Origin: Spirochaetia bacterium
Lineage (GTDB): Bacteria; Spirochaetota; Spirochaetia; SZUA-6; Bin103
NCBI GenBank assembly: GCA_965208575.1
Contig: CBDBOV010000006.1
Location: forward strand, 768,001-832,000
Length of the DNA: 64,000 nucleotides
Direction: 5' to 3'
Positions 42,338-51,354 of the stretch are shown piece after piece; the first letter of the stretch is position 1, and each line of letters starts with the position of its first letter. A program made the translations under genes and the position numbers. A model generated the notes under the pieces. The model was not told the origin of the DNA, searched no databases, and saw nothing but the letters and a program-made list of their open reading frames with translations.

Positions 42338-43285
42338 ATGCAAGCCTACATCCTCAGGAGACTGCTGCTGATCGTGCCGACGATGCTGATCGTCAGCCTG
42401 ATCGTGTTCCTCTCGATGCGCCTCATCCCCGGGGACGTGCTCGATTACATGGTCTCCCTCAGGTACATGTCCGCGGGAGCCATGGAGGCTCTGCGCGAGC
42501 AGCTTGGCCTGAATCTGCCCGCTCACGTCCAGTACGGCCGCTGGATCTCCGGCGTCCTTCAGGGCGACTTCGGTGACACGCTGCTCACCAACCTCGCGGT
42601 CGAAGAGGTAATCATCGAGCGGCTGCCGAGGTCGCTGGAACTGGGTGCCCTATCGCTGGTGTTCGCGCTGGTGATAGCGTTGCCCGTGGGTATCTACTCC
42701 GGTCTGAAGCCGGAGTCTGCCGGTGACCAGATACTGCGCAGCGTCGCCATTGCTTTCATCTGCATTCCCAGCTTCTGGCTGGGGACGATGATTCTGGTTC
42801 TGCCGGCGGTCTGGTGGCGGTGGTCGCCGCCGATGTACTGGGTATCTTTCTGGGACAATCCGCTCGGCAATCTCGCCATGTTCATCATCCCCGCCATCGT
42901 TCTGGGAATGTGGCTGTCCGGGGTCACCATGCGCTTGACCCGGACGATGATGCTGGAGGTTATGCGGCAGGACTATATCCGCACCGCGTGGGCAAAGGGG
43001 CTCAGGGAGCGGATGGTCGTGTTACGGCACGCGCTGAAGAATGCGCTGAACCCGGTGCTTACCACGATCGGCCTGCAGTTGCCGGTCCTGATCGGCGGCG
43101 CGGTGGTGGTGGAGCACATATTCAACATACCCGGCATCGGCTCGCTGGTGGTAAGAACGCTGGAGCAACGCGACTATCCCCTGCTGGCGGGACTGAATAT
43201 GATGATGGCGGGATTCGTGTTGCTCGTGAACGTCATCGTCGACATCAGCTACGCCTGGCTCGACCCGCGGATCCAGTACAAGTGA
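42338..43285 (+). CDS. ABC permease, DppB-like
   Basis: Standard motifs. Confidence 0.92.
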   Translation: MQAYILRRLLLIVPTMLIVSLIVFLSMRLIPGDVLDYMVSLRYMSAGAMEALREQLGLNLPAHVQYGRWISGVLQGDFGDTLLTNLAVEEVIIERLPRSLELGALSLVFALVIALPVGIYSGLKPESAGDQILRSVAIAFICIPSFWLGTMILVLPAVWWRWSPPMYWVSFWDNPLGNLAMFIIPAIVLGMWLSGVTMRLTRTMMLEVMRQDYIRTAWAKGLRERMVVLRHALKNALNPVLTTIGLQLPVLIGGAVVVEHIFNIPGIGSLVVRTLEQRDYPLLAGLNMMMAGFVLLVNVIVDISYAWLDPRIQYK

Positions 43286-44235
43286 GCGGTTCGGCAGCTC
43301 CGAAGGCTGGTCCAAGAAAAGGGTCGCTTCGCGACCTGCTGCCGCGGCTGTTCCGGGAGAAGAAGCTTGGCGCCGTCGGGTTGATCATCGTACTGGTGTT
43401 CTTCCTGGTGGGCGTGTTTGCCGACCTGCTCGCCACCCACGACCTCAGAGACCAGAACCTCAGGCGCGCGCTCGAAGGACCATCGGCCGAGTTTCCGCTC
43501 GGCACCGACCAATTTGGCCGCGACCTGCTCACTCGCGTCATTCACGGGGCGCGCGTCTCCATGATCGTGGGAGTGGGAGCCGTCGCCATCGGCCTGGTCA
43601 TCGCGCTGTTCTTCGGCCTGTTGTCCGGTTACTGGGTCGGTACGTTCGACCTGGTCGTGCAGCGATTCGTCGATGCGTGGCTCACCTTCCCGTGGCTGTT
43701 CATCGTGCTGACCGTGATGTCGCTGCTGGGACAGGGAATGGTGCCGATGATCGTCGTCCTCGGCGCGTTCACGGGTATCGGCAACATCCGCACCGTACGG
43801 GGCGTGGTGCTGGGCACCAAGGAGCACCCGTACGTGGAGGCGGCGCGGGCGGTCGGCTGCCCCACCTGGAGGATCCTCCTCACCCACGTCCTGCCGCAGG
43901 TGTGGCCGCCGGTTATCGTGGTCTTTACCATTTCTCTGGGTGCGGTGATTCTGAGCGAGTCGACCATCAGCTTCCTCGGTTTCGGGATTCCGCCGCCGCA
44001 GCCGAGCTGGGGCGGCATGCTGAGCCTCGAAGGCCGGCGCTACATGGAGCGGGCGCCGCTGCTGGCGATCTGGCCCGGCCTGTCCCTCGCCATCGTCGTG
44101 TTCGGGATCAACATGTTCGGCGATGCGTTGCGAGACCTGCTCGATCCCCGCCTGTCGGGTGGCACCGGCCGCATCGGGGCGGCGAACGTGAAGCAGGCCG
44201 CAGAGGCCCCCGGCAAGCACGCGAACCGTAGGTGA
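43282..44235 (+). CDS. ABC permease, DppC-like
   Basis: GTGA overlap with the dppB stop; LGTDQFGRD, GDALRDLLDPR. Confidence 0.9.
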   Translation: MSGSAAPKAGPRKGSLRDLLPRLFREKKLGAVGLIIVLVFFLVGVFADLLATHDLRDQNLRRALEGPSAEFPLGTDQFGRDLLTRVIHGARVSMIVGVGAVAIGLVIALFFGLLSGYWVGTFDLVVQRFVDAWLTFPWLFIVLTVMSLLGQGMVPMIVVLGAFTGIGNIRTVRGVVLGTKEHPYVEAARAVGCPTWRILLTHVLPQVWPPVIVVFTISLGAVILSESTISFLGFGIPPPQPSWGGMLSLEGRRYMERAPLLAIWPGLSLAIVVFGINMFGDALRDLLDPRLSGGTGRIGAANVKQAAEAPGKHANRR

Positions 44236-44278
44236 GCGGTAGTTACAGCGGGCGCAGCATCGGGTTACAGTGTACGCA

Positions 44279-45223
44279 ATGGGAGCCAGGATCAATCGCA
44301 CCATCGAGCTGCTGGAGGATGGGCAGCCGATCTACTATGTGGGTGGGCACACCGGCCTTGCCGGCACCTTTCACCGGCGTCCGAAGGGCACGCTTACCGC
44401 AAGCCACACCCCGGTCCTGACCTACGAACAGGGCCGGACCGACGCTTCGCACTGGGCCGACTACATCAACGTCGGCTTCGAGCACGGGGCGTTCAACGTG
44501 GCGGGGCTCGACGACTACCTGCACGGCATGGTGGACGCGGGGCCGACACGCAGCGGCCACCGCACGCCGACCATCATCGTGGAGGCGCCGGTCAACGGCA
44601 TCTCGCGCGCGGTGGTGGAGGCCAACGCGTGGCAGTGCCAGCAGCTCCTCGCGCGCGGCGTGCACGGCATCATCCTGTGCAAGGCCAACACGCCGGACGC
44701 GGTGGCGGCGTTCGTGGAGGCGTGCCGCTACCCGATCAACCGTCTCGGCGTCGGCACCGGCCTCGGCACCGGCATGCGCGGCATCGCCTCGGAGGACAGC
44801 GCCGGCCACGTGTGGGGCCTGGACGCGAACGCCTACATCGAGAAGGCCGATCCGTGGCCGCTGAATCCCGACGGCGAGCTGTTCCTGGGGATCAAGATCG
44901 AGTCCAAGGCGGCGCTGCCCTACGTCGAGGAGATCATGCAGGTGCCGGGCGTCGGGTTCGCGGAGGTGGGCCCCGGCGACATGGCGCTGACGCTCGGAAT
45001 CCGCTCGCTGTCCGATCCGTGGCCGCAGGAGATGGTGGAGATCGAACAGCGCGTCAAGGCGGCGTGTGAGGCGAGCGGGGTATACTTCCACCCGTTTACC
45101 GGGTATGCCGCGCCGGCCGACTTTCCCGCGTTGATCGACGCCGGGGCGCTGGTGATCACCGCCCCCGATGAAGAGATAGCCCGCGTCGGGCGCGCCCACT
45201 CGGGGCGCACGATGCCGGTATAG
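44279..45223 (+). CDS. HpcH/HpaI aldolase/citrate lyase family protein
   Basis: INVGFEHG, LARGVHGI, IKIES, EVGPGDMALTLG. Confidence 0.8.
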   Translation: MGARINRTIELLEDGQPIYYVGGHTGLAGTFHRRPKGTLTASHTPVLTYEQGRTDASHWADYINVGFEHGAFNVAGLDDYLHGMVDAGPTRSGHRTPTIIVEAPVNGISRAVVEANAWQCQQLLARGVHGIILCKANTPDAVAAFVEACRYPINRLGVGTGLGTGMRGIASEDSAGHVWGLDANAYIEKADPWPLNPDGELFLGIKIESKAALPYVEEIMQVPGVGFAEVGPGDMALTLGIRSLSDPWPQEMVEIEQRVKAACEASGVYFHPFTGYAAPADFPALIDAGALVITAPDEEIARVGRAHSGRTMPV

Positions 45224-45251
45224 GGTACAGTCCGAAAGAGGAGGAGAAAAC

Positions 45252-45677
45252 ATGTCCAGTTCCGGAGTCAAGTTCCATCACATTCACCTGATCAGCGAGG
45301 ATCCGCACGCCGCGGCCCGCTTTTACGAGAACATCCTCGGCGGCGCCATCACCGGCGAAGCCGACGTGATGGGGGCGCCGCAGGTCACCGTGGATCTCGG
45401 CGGCATGCTGCTGCTGATCCGCGGCCGCCGGCCGGGCGAGGCGCCGACGGGAAACAGCCAGCCGATGCAGCAGTTCGAGGGCTTCGTGAGCCACAACGGG
45501 TGGGGCACCGACCACTTCGGCTACGCGTACGAGGGCGACCTGCTGGCATTCTGCGAGGAGATCCGCGCCAAGGGCGCCACCTTCGCCGCCGAACCGTGGG
45601 AATTCGCCCCCGGTCACCCGATCTGCTTCCTGCAGGCCCCCGACAACGTCACCATCGAGCTGATGCAGACGCAGTAG
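45252..45677 (+). CDS. VOC/glyoxalase family protein
   Basis: FHHIHL, FYENILG, DHFGY, FLQAPDNVTIEL. Confidence 0.88.
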   Translation: MSSSGVKFHHIHLISEDPHAAARFYENILGGAITGEADVMGAPQVTVDLGGMLLLIRGRRPGEAPTGNSQPMQQFEGFVSHNGWGTDHFGYAYEGDLLAFCEEIRAKGATFAAEPWEFAPGHPICFLQAPDNVTIELMQTQ

Positions 45678-45767
45678 CGCCCCGAACCCGCCGCCTGCGG
45701 CGACGCTTCCGGCCCAACCGGCCTACCGCCGGTCCTCCGGCGGGGGCCGGCCGCGGAGGTGGCACGG

Positions 45768-47528
45768 TCACCGCTGCACGGCGTCGGAGTACACCATCTC
45801 CCAGCCGTGGAACACCACGATCAGGCCGATGAAGCGCACCCCCGGATACTGCCGCGCCAACCGCTCGTCCGCCAGGTAGCGCAGGAGTTGCGCCCGCGCC
45901 TCCTCGGCCGCCGTCGTCACCGCGGCCTGATCCGCGGACTCGGAACGCGCGCGATACTTGAGTTCGATCAGGTAGCCGCGCTGCAGGTGTGGATAGCGAG
46001 CCACCAGCGGTTCCAGCGCGATGTCGGCGTGCCCCTTGCCCAGCTCCACCTCGGAGCGGAACACGTAGTAGTCCGCCACGCTCAGGTAGGCGGCCAGGAA
46101 CCCCTGTATTACCTTCTCGCCGCCGATGTAGTCGCGGATCCCGGTCTGCCGCGCGACCGCCTCGCTCAGGAACTCCAGCACCGGCCGCCACTCGCCCTCG
46201 GTGGCCATCCGCAACATCAACTGCTCGAACCGGAACAGGTTGATCGAAAACACCTCCACGTCGCGGTAAGCGTCGCGCAGGAAGCCGTACATCAGCCGCT
46301 TCACGGTCTGGTTCGGAATCGCCAGCCGCGGCATCATGCCCTGCACGTCGCGGATGCTCAGCAGCCCGAAGTAGTGCATCAAGGACAGGAAGTTCTCCGG
46401 CTCGGAGAGCTCCGCCAGCGGAAAGCCGGGCGTGATGCGGGTGTCCACCTGCTCCTCGCCGATGACGTCGCGCAGCAGGTCGAAGTTGCCGTTCAGTTGC
46501 CGGCCGGTCACCAGCAGGTGGCGCAGCTTGCCGTAGTCGATGCGCACGTTGGTGTCGATCAGGTACTCCGGCACGTCACGGTTGGGCATGGAGTGCTTCA
46601 GGTAATAGAGCACCATGTCGGAGTTGTACAGATCGGTGTCGGCGGTCGTGGCGAACCGGTAGCCATTGTACCACTGGCCCATGATGCCCATGGCGGTAGC
46701 GACCTCCTGGTTGAACACGCCCAAGTCCCGATAGGTCTCGACCAATTGTCGCACCTCCGGCTCGGTGAAGCCGACCATCTCGTTGAAGTCCGGTTCCAGG
46801 CTGATGTTGGTGCCGATGTTGAAGCCGCTGGTCACGTCGTCCATGGTGACCGGCGACACGCCGGTGATGAACAGGCGCTCCAGGCCGCCGCCGGTGCGCC
46901 CCGCCCCGGACTTCAGGGTGGCGAAGAAGTTGCGGTAGAAGCCGCCGCCGCCGTGGGTGAAGGAGTGGAACGCCTCCGCGCCGTGGTACGCGAGCACGGT
47001 GTTGGCGAAGTTGTCGTACTCGTCGATGATCACGTACAGTGGGATGTCGTGGTCGCCCGCGTAGCGGAACAGCTCTGCCAGCTTGCCGGCGATGGAGGGC
47101 GGCGCCAGGATGTCCCGCATCGCCGTTTCGGGAAACAGGTCGGGATGACGCCGCAGTGTCCCGCGGAGTTCTATCAGACAGTAGGTTTCGAACTCTCGCT
47201 CCAGGGTGTCGAGCGCGTCGTTGACGTTTGAAAAGTCGAAGCGCAGGGTGACGTAGCGGCTCTGTTCCCCGGTCGGATGCTGCCCGATGTCTGTGCCGGC
47301 GAAAGTGGCGTCGAAGCCGTCCGCCCAGAAGCGGTCGTAGTAGTTCTCCAAGACCGACGCCCAGAGGGACTTGCCGAACCGGCGTGGACGGATCAGGAAG
47401 GCGTAGCGCTCCTCCTCCAGGCGGCGCAGGAAGGGGGTCTTGTCGACATACAGCCACCGGTTCAGGCGGATACGCCTGAAGTCGGCCTCGCCGTAGGGAA
47501 TGCGCGGGTGCGTGGGTGGCGTGCTCAC
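45768..47528 (-). CDS. AAA-ATPase-like plus PD-(D/E)XK nuclease protein
   Basis: Paralog of 17970..19763, with a shared upstream promoter-like sequence. Confidence 0.9.
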   Translation of the reverse strand: MSTPPTHPRIPYGEADFRRIRLNRWLYVDKTPFLRRLEEERYAFLIRPRRFGKSLWASVLENYYDRFWADGFDATFAGTDIGQHPTGEQSRYVTLRFDFSNVNDALDTLEREFETYCLIELRGTLRRHPDLFPETAMRDILAPPSIAGKLAELFRYAGDHDIPLYVIIDEYDNFANTVLAYHGAEAFHSFTHGGGGFYRNFFATLKSGAGRTGGGLERLFITGVSPVTMDDVTSGFNIGTNISLEPDFNEMVGFTEPEVRQLVETYRDLGVFNQEVATAMGIMGQWYNGYRFATTADTDLYNSDMVLYYLKHSMPNRDVPEYLIDTNVRIDYGKLRHLLVTGRQLNGNFDLLRDVIGEEQVDTRITPGFPLAELSEPENFLSLMHYFGLLSIRDVQGMMPRLAIPNQTVKRLMYGFLRDAYRDVEVFSINLFRFEQLMLRMATEGEWRPVLEFLSEAVARQTGIRDYIGGEKVIQGFLAAYLSVADYYVFRSEVELGKGHADIALEPLVARYPHLQRGYLIELKYRARSESADQAAVTTAAEEARAQLLRYLADERLARQYPGVRFIGLIVVFHGWEMVYSDAVQR

Positions 47529-47655
47529 TACCGTACCGTACTGACTCTATCGCCTCCAAGGTGCGACGCGCAATCGAGCCGCCAAGGGCGGCACGGTCAC
47601 TCTGCGAAACGGACGACGACGGCCGGTCGGTTGCGTCCGCCGAGTCCGCGCGCGC

Positions 47656-47793
47656 TTGACACCTCCAGGCGCGCGTGAAACGATGACTACGTCAAGGATT
47701 GAACGGATGTGGATCATGAGTCATCACGACCGACTGCATAGTAACCGGTCGGCAGTGACGCAGCCGGCGCATCCCCCCCCCCCCCCCCCCCCC
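47656..47793 (+). promoter_or_regulatory. Upstream promoter module with C21 homopolymer
   Basis: TTGACA-N17-AACGAT; poly-C 47773-47793. Confidence 0.6.
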
Positions 47794-48210
47794 GGGTCGG
47801 GCGGACAACTACTTGAATCACAAGCAATAATCGCTCAGGCTGAGCGCTCTGCGGCCTTCGTCTTCAGCTTCCGCGTAGCGGCCCGCTACCTGTTGTGCCG
47901 CCTCAGTCCACGTTCGCTCACCGGCCGCGGCAACGGTCAGGGACCCCCGTCCGCTGAACCGCGGCATCTTTTCCCGTCGCGCTGCTCGAAATTCCTCAAA
48001 TGCGCGCTCCAACGCACTCGACCCGCCCTCCGGGCGCAGTGTCCGAGCCGCGTCCTGGTGGCGTGGATTCTCCACCGCCCGGCTACTCAAGGAACGCGTG
48101 GCCGAACATACCCCCATCTACGCCTCACCGCTTCTACGCAGGCTACGCTGCCTGACTCCGGGACCTCATGGGTCGCGAGCAAACACCCTGCCGGCGTTCC
48201 CGGCGCACGC

Positions 48211-48402
48211 GAGGTGCGAGTCATACTCAAAGAACCACTCCCGCGCGCGGCGTGAGCCCGGGTGAACCCGGTGAGTCACACGCCGCGCGCTTCAGGAAGT
48301 TGACTCTTATCTGGCTGGCCGCCTGCGTTGCGGGCGCGAGAGTAGCCACGGAGCGACAAGTCGCTCCCCAATACTCTCAACATTCCATCGAAGGAAGACA
48401 CG
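48211..48402 (+). promoter_or_regulatory. Conserved structured 5' leader, copy E
   Basis: (V)ILKEPLPRAA* ending 48255; P1 48243-48290; P2 48320-48336; P3 48338-48378. Confidence 0.75.
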
Positions 48403-50208
48403 ATGAAGATATTCTTCACCCGGACTTTCGCGGTTGCGGTAGTCCTGGTGCTGACCGCAACCGGCCTCTGGGCCGCCGGCGCAGAAGAGGCGCCGGCAGC
48501 CGCCGCCGACAAGCAGTATGTGACCGACCCCACCACCGGCAAGGTGGTGTCCGCGCCAGAGTATGGCGGGACAATAACCTACGCGCTATCAACAGACCTT
48601 CCGGGACCTGACACCGTGCTCACTGGTGGAGCGGCGGCTCACTCCGCCGGTCCCGTTGTAGAGAAGCTGGGCGCCGCAGACTGGGCAGCTCCCAGGGACA
48701 TGTTCTCGTTCAACATCTATGAACTCAATATTCCTGCTAACACGAGAGGGGTGCTGGCGGAGAGCTGGTCGCAACCCGACCCACTGACGTATATCATCAA
48801 AGTCCGCCAGGGCGTTCACTGGCATGATAAGGCACCGATGAACGGCCGGGAGCTGACTGCCGAGGATGTCGAGTACAACTTTCATCGTATGGTGGGTATA
48901 GGTAGCGGTTTCACCGAGAAGAGCCCTATGGCTTATAGCTTCCGAGCTGGGGAATTCGACTCGATAACGGCCACCGACCAATCGACGGTTGTTTTTAGGA
49001 TGAACAAGCCCCGCCTCAGTGCGCTGGCTTCTATCCTCGACGACTGGTCTGCCTGGATATATCCCCCCGAGGTGATCAAGGAACACGGGGATGTTTCGGA
49101 TTGGAGAAACCTCGTCGGAACCGGACCCATGATGATGACTGGCTGGACCAAAGACAGCTCTCGCACCTATGAGAGGAATCCGGACTACTGGGGCTACGAC
49201 GAGAAATACCCCGAGAACCGCTTGCCCTACATTGACCGGCTGAGGGGCCTGGTTATGCCCGAAGTCGCAACACGAACGGCTGCACTGCGCTCGGGTCAGG
49301 TTGATTACGTAGGTGCGCTCGGCTTAACTTCATTGAGGAATCTCGACCAGGTAGAGAGCCTCCAGCGCACCAACCCCGAAATCCTGATATCGTCGTATAC
49401 GTTTCGGAATGATGGTGCTGTTGGGTTGAACGTTCAGCTAGAGCCCTTTGACGACATCAGAGTGCGCAAGGCCATGCAGATGGCAATAAACCTCGATGAA
49501 ATCAACAATTCCTACTTTGGAGGGTTTGGAGATACGACGCCTCAGGGGAAGGTAAGCAGGTCTTATACAGCGGCTGTCACCCAATTCGAAGATTGGCCCG
49601 AAGATGTCAAGAAGGTCTTTGACTACGACCCGGAAGGTGCCGAAGCGTTGCTTGATGAGGCCGGTTATCCTCGCGGCGCCGACGGTATCAGATTCAAGAC
49701 CAGGTTCTTGCATCTCGAGCGGTACGATTTGAACTATACGCAATTGATCACTTCATACTGGAACAAGATTGGCATCGATGTAGTAGACATTGCGGTAGAA
49801 CCATCACCTGCATTTGGCGCCAGAAGAACTGCCAAGGATTACGAACTGATCAATCACGAGTTGGCCAACTATGGGGATCCCATAAACCACATGACGCATT
49901 ATTCGAATCGGGAGAGCAACCCATACGGGGCGCATTCCAATGTCAACGACCCCGATTATGAGGCCATGCTTGAGGCTGCCGAAGCCGCTACCACTATTGA
50001 GGAGCAGCACAGGTTAGTTCGAGAGTTGAATCAATATGGGATTGAGAAGTTCTGGATGATATGGACTCCTAATGGTCCACAATTCAACGCGATCCAACCG
50101 TGGATCATAGGTTTCAACAACGAAAACTGGATGGGTAACGGTCAAGTCCTGGTAGTGTTCACCCGTCTGTGGATTGACCAGGATCTGAAGACGGAGATGG
50201 GTTATTAG
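48403..50208 (+). CDS. ABC substrate-binding protein, family 5
   Basis: 601 aa; LWAAGAEE signal; family motifs. Confidence 0.92.
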   Translation: MKIFFTRTFAVAVVLVLTATGLWAAGAEEAPAAAADKQYVTDPTTGKVVSAPEYGGTITYALSTDLPGPDTVLTGGAAAHSAGPVVEKLGAADWAAPRDMFSFNIYELNIPANTRGVLAESWSQPDPLTYIIKVRQGVHWHDKAPMNGRELTAEDVEYNFHRMVGIGSGFTEKSPMAYSFRAGEFDSITATDQSTVVFRMNKPRLSALASILDDWSAWIYPPEVIKEHGDVSDWRNLVGTGPMMMTGWTKDSSRTYERNPDYWGYDEKYPENRLPYIDRLRGLVMPEVATRTAALRSGQVDYVGALGLTSLRNLDQVESLQRTNPEILISSYTFRNDGAVGLNVQLEPFDDIRVRKAMQMAINLDEINNSYFGGFGDTTPQGKVSRSYTAAVTQFEDWPEDVKKVFDYDPEGAEALLDEAGYPRGADGIRFKTRFLHLERYDLNYTQLITSYWNKIGIDVVDIAVEPSPAFGARRTAKDYELINHELANYGDPINHMTHYSNRESNPYGAHSNVNDPDYEAMLEAAEAATTIEEQHRLVRELNQYGIEKFWMIWTPNGPQFNAIQPWIIGFNNENWMGNGQVLVVFTRLWIDQDLKTEMGY

Positions 50209-50238
50209 GGGGTTCGCCCTCCTGATTTCACTTAGAAT

Positions 50239-50298
50239 GGAGCTGGGAAAGCGCGCGCTTCCGAGCGGCTTCCGAGCGCCGCTCCCGGCTCCTTTTTC
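50239..50298 (+). terminator. Stem-loop with U-tract between SBP and dppB
   Basis: ggagctggg...cccggctcc followed by ttttt. Confidence 0.65.
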
Positions 50299-50316
50299 AT
50301 TGCGTAGGGTGTCCGC

Positions 50317-51279
50317 ATGAGAGCCTATATCATTAGGCGGTTGTTGCTGATCGTGCCGACGCTGTTCATTTTGAGCATCCTGGTCTTTCTCTCGGTACGC
50401 TTCATCCCCGGCGATGTCATCGACGTCCTGATCGGCAGGATGGCAACGTTCAATGTGCAATGGGACGTAGACCGTGAAGCTCTCGAGCGAATGCTGGGAT
50501 TGGACGTGCCTGTCTACGTGCAGTATGGACGCTGGATAGGAGGTATCATCCTGGACGGCAGCCTTGGCGAATCCCTGTTTACCAGAGACTCGGTGGAACA
50601 GGCGATATTGGAGAGACTGCCGGTCACCCTTGAGCTCGGTTTCATGGCAATCTTCATCGGGCTCGTGATCGCGCTGCCGGTGGGCATCTACTCGGCGATG
50701 CGCCAGGATACCGCAGCCGACTTCCTGGGGCGCTCGGTCGCCATCATCGGTCTGGCCACGCCGAACTTCTGGCTCGGCATCATGGTCATGATCTACCCGA
50801 CCATCTGGTGGGGCTGGGCGCCGCCGCTGGAGCTGGTTACTTTTCCAGAAGACCCGCTGGGCAATCTGGCGGTGTTCATCATTCCCAGCCTGATTCTGGG
50901 TACCGCCGCGGCTGCCGGCACCATGCGGATGACGCGCACCATGATGCTGGAGGTGCTGAGGCAGGATTATGTCAGGACGGCTTGGTCGAAGGGTCTGAAG
51001 GAGCGTGTGGTCGTCATGCGCCACGCGGTCAAGAACGCACTCATCCCGGTGGTGTCGCTGATCGGCCTGCAGTTGCCGATCCTGGTGGGGGGCGCCGTGA
51101 TCATGGAGAACATCTTCAACCTGCCGGGCCTCGGCCGTCTCTTGCTGAGTGCCCTCAATGAGCGAGACTATCCGATGGTCTCCGGAATCAACCTGTTTTT
51201 CGCCGCTGGGGTGGTGGTGATCAATCTGCTCATCGACGTGCTCTACGCGATCCTCGATCCCCGGGTCCGCTATGACTGA
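50317..51279 (+). CDS. ABC permease, DppB-like
   Basis: Standard motifs. Confidence 0.92.
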   Translation: MRAYIIRRLLLIVPTLFILSILVFLSVRFIPGDVIDVLIGRMATFNVQWDVDREALERMLGLDVPVYVQYGRWIGGIILDGSLGESLFTRDSVEQAILERLPVTLELGFMAIFIGLVIALPVGIYSAMRQDTAADFLGRSVAIIGLATPNFWLGIMVMIYPTIWWGWAPPLELVTFPEDPLGNLAVFIIPSLILGTAAAAGTMRMTRTMMLEVLRQDYVRTAWSKGLKERVVVMRHAVKNALIPVVSLIGLQLPILVGGAVIMENIFNLPGLGRLLLSALNERDYPMVSGINLFFAAGVVVINLLIDVLYAILDPRVRYD

Positions 51280-51354
51280 GTTGTTTCACACGCTGGTCAA
51301 AGCGAAGCCGTGGAGCGTCATCGCCGGGCTGGTCGTCAATGCCCTGGGGGCGCT

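Noticed and set aside
48205-48240. Lysine riboswitch (gaggtgcg start)
   Set aside because: Other lysine-riboswitch elements are not seen and the motif is not kept in the other copies; an Rfam scan would be decisive.
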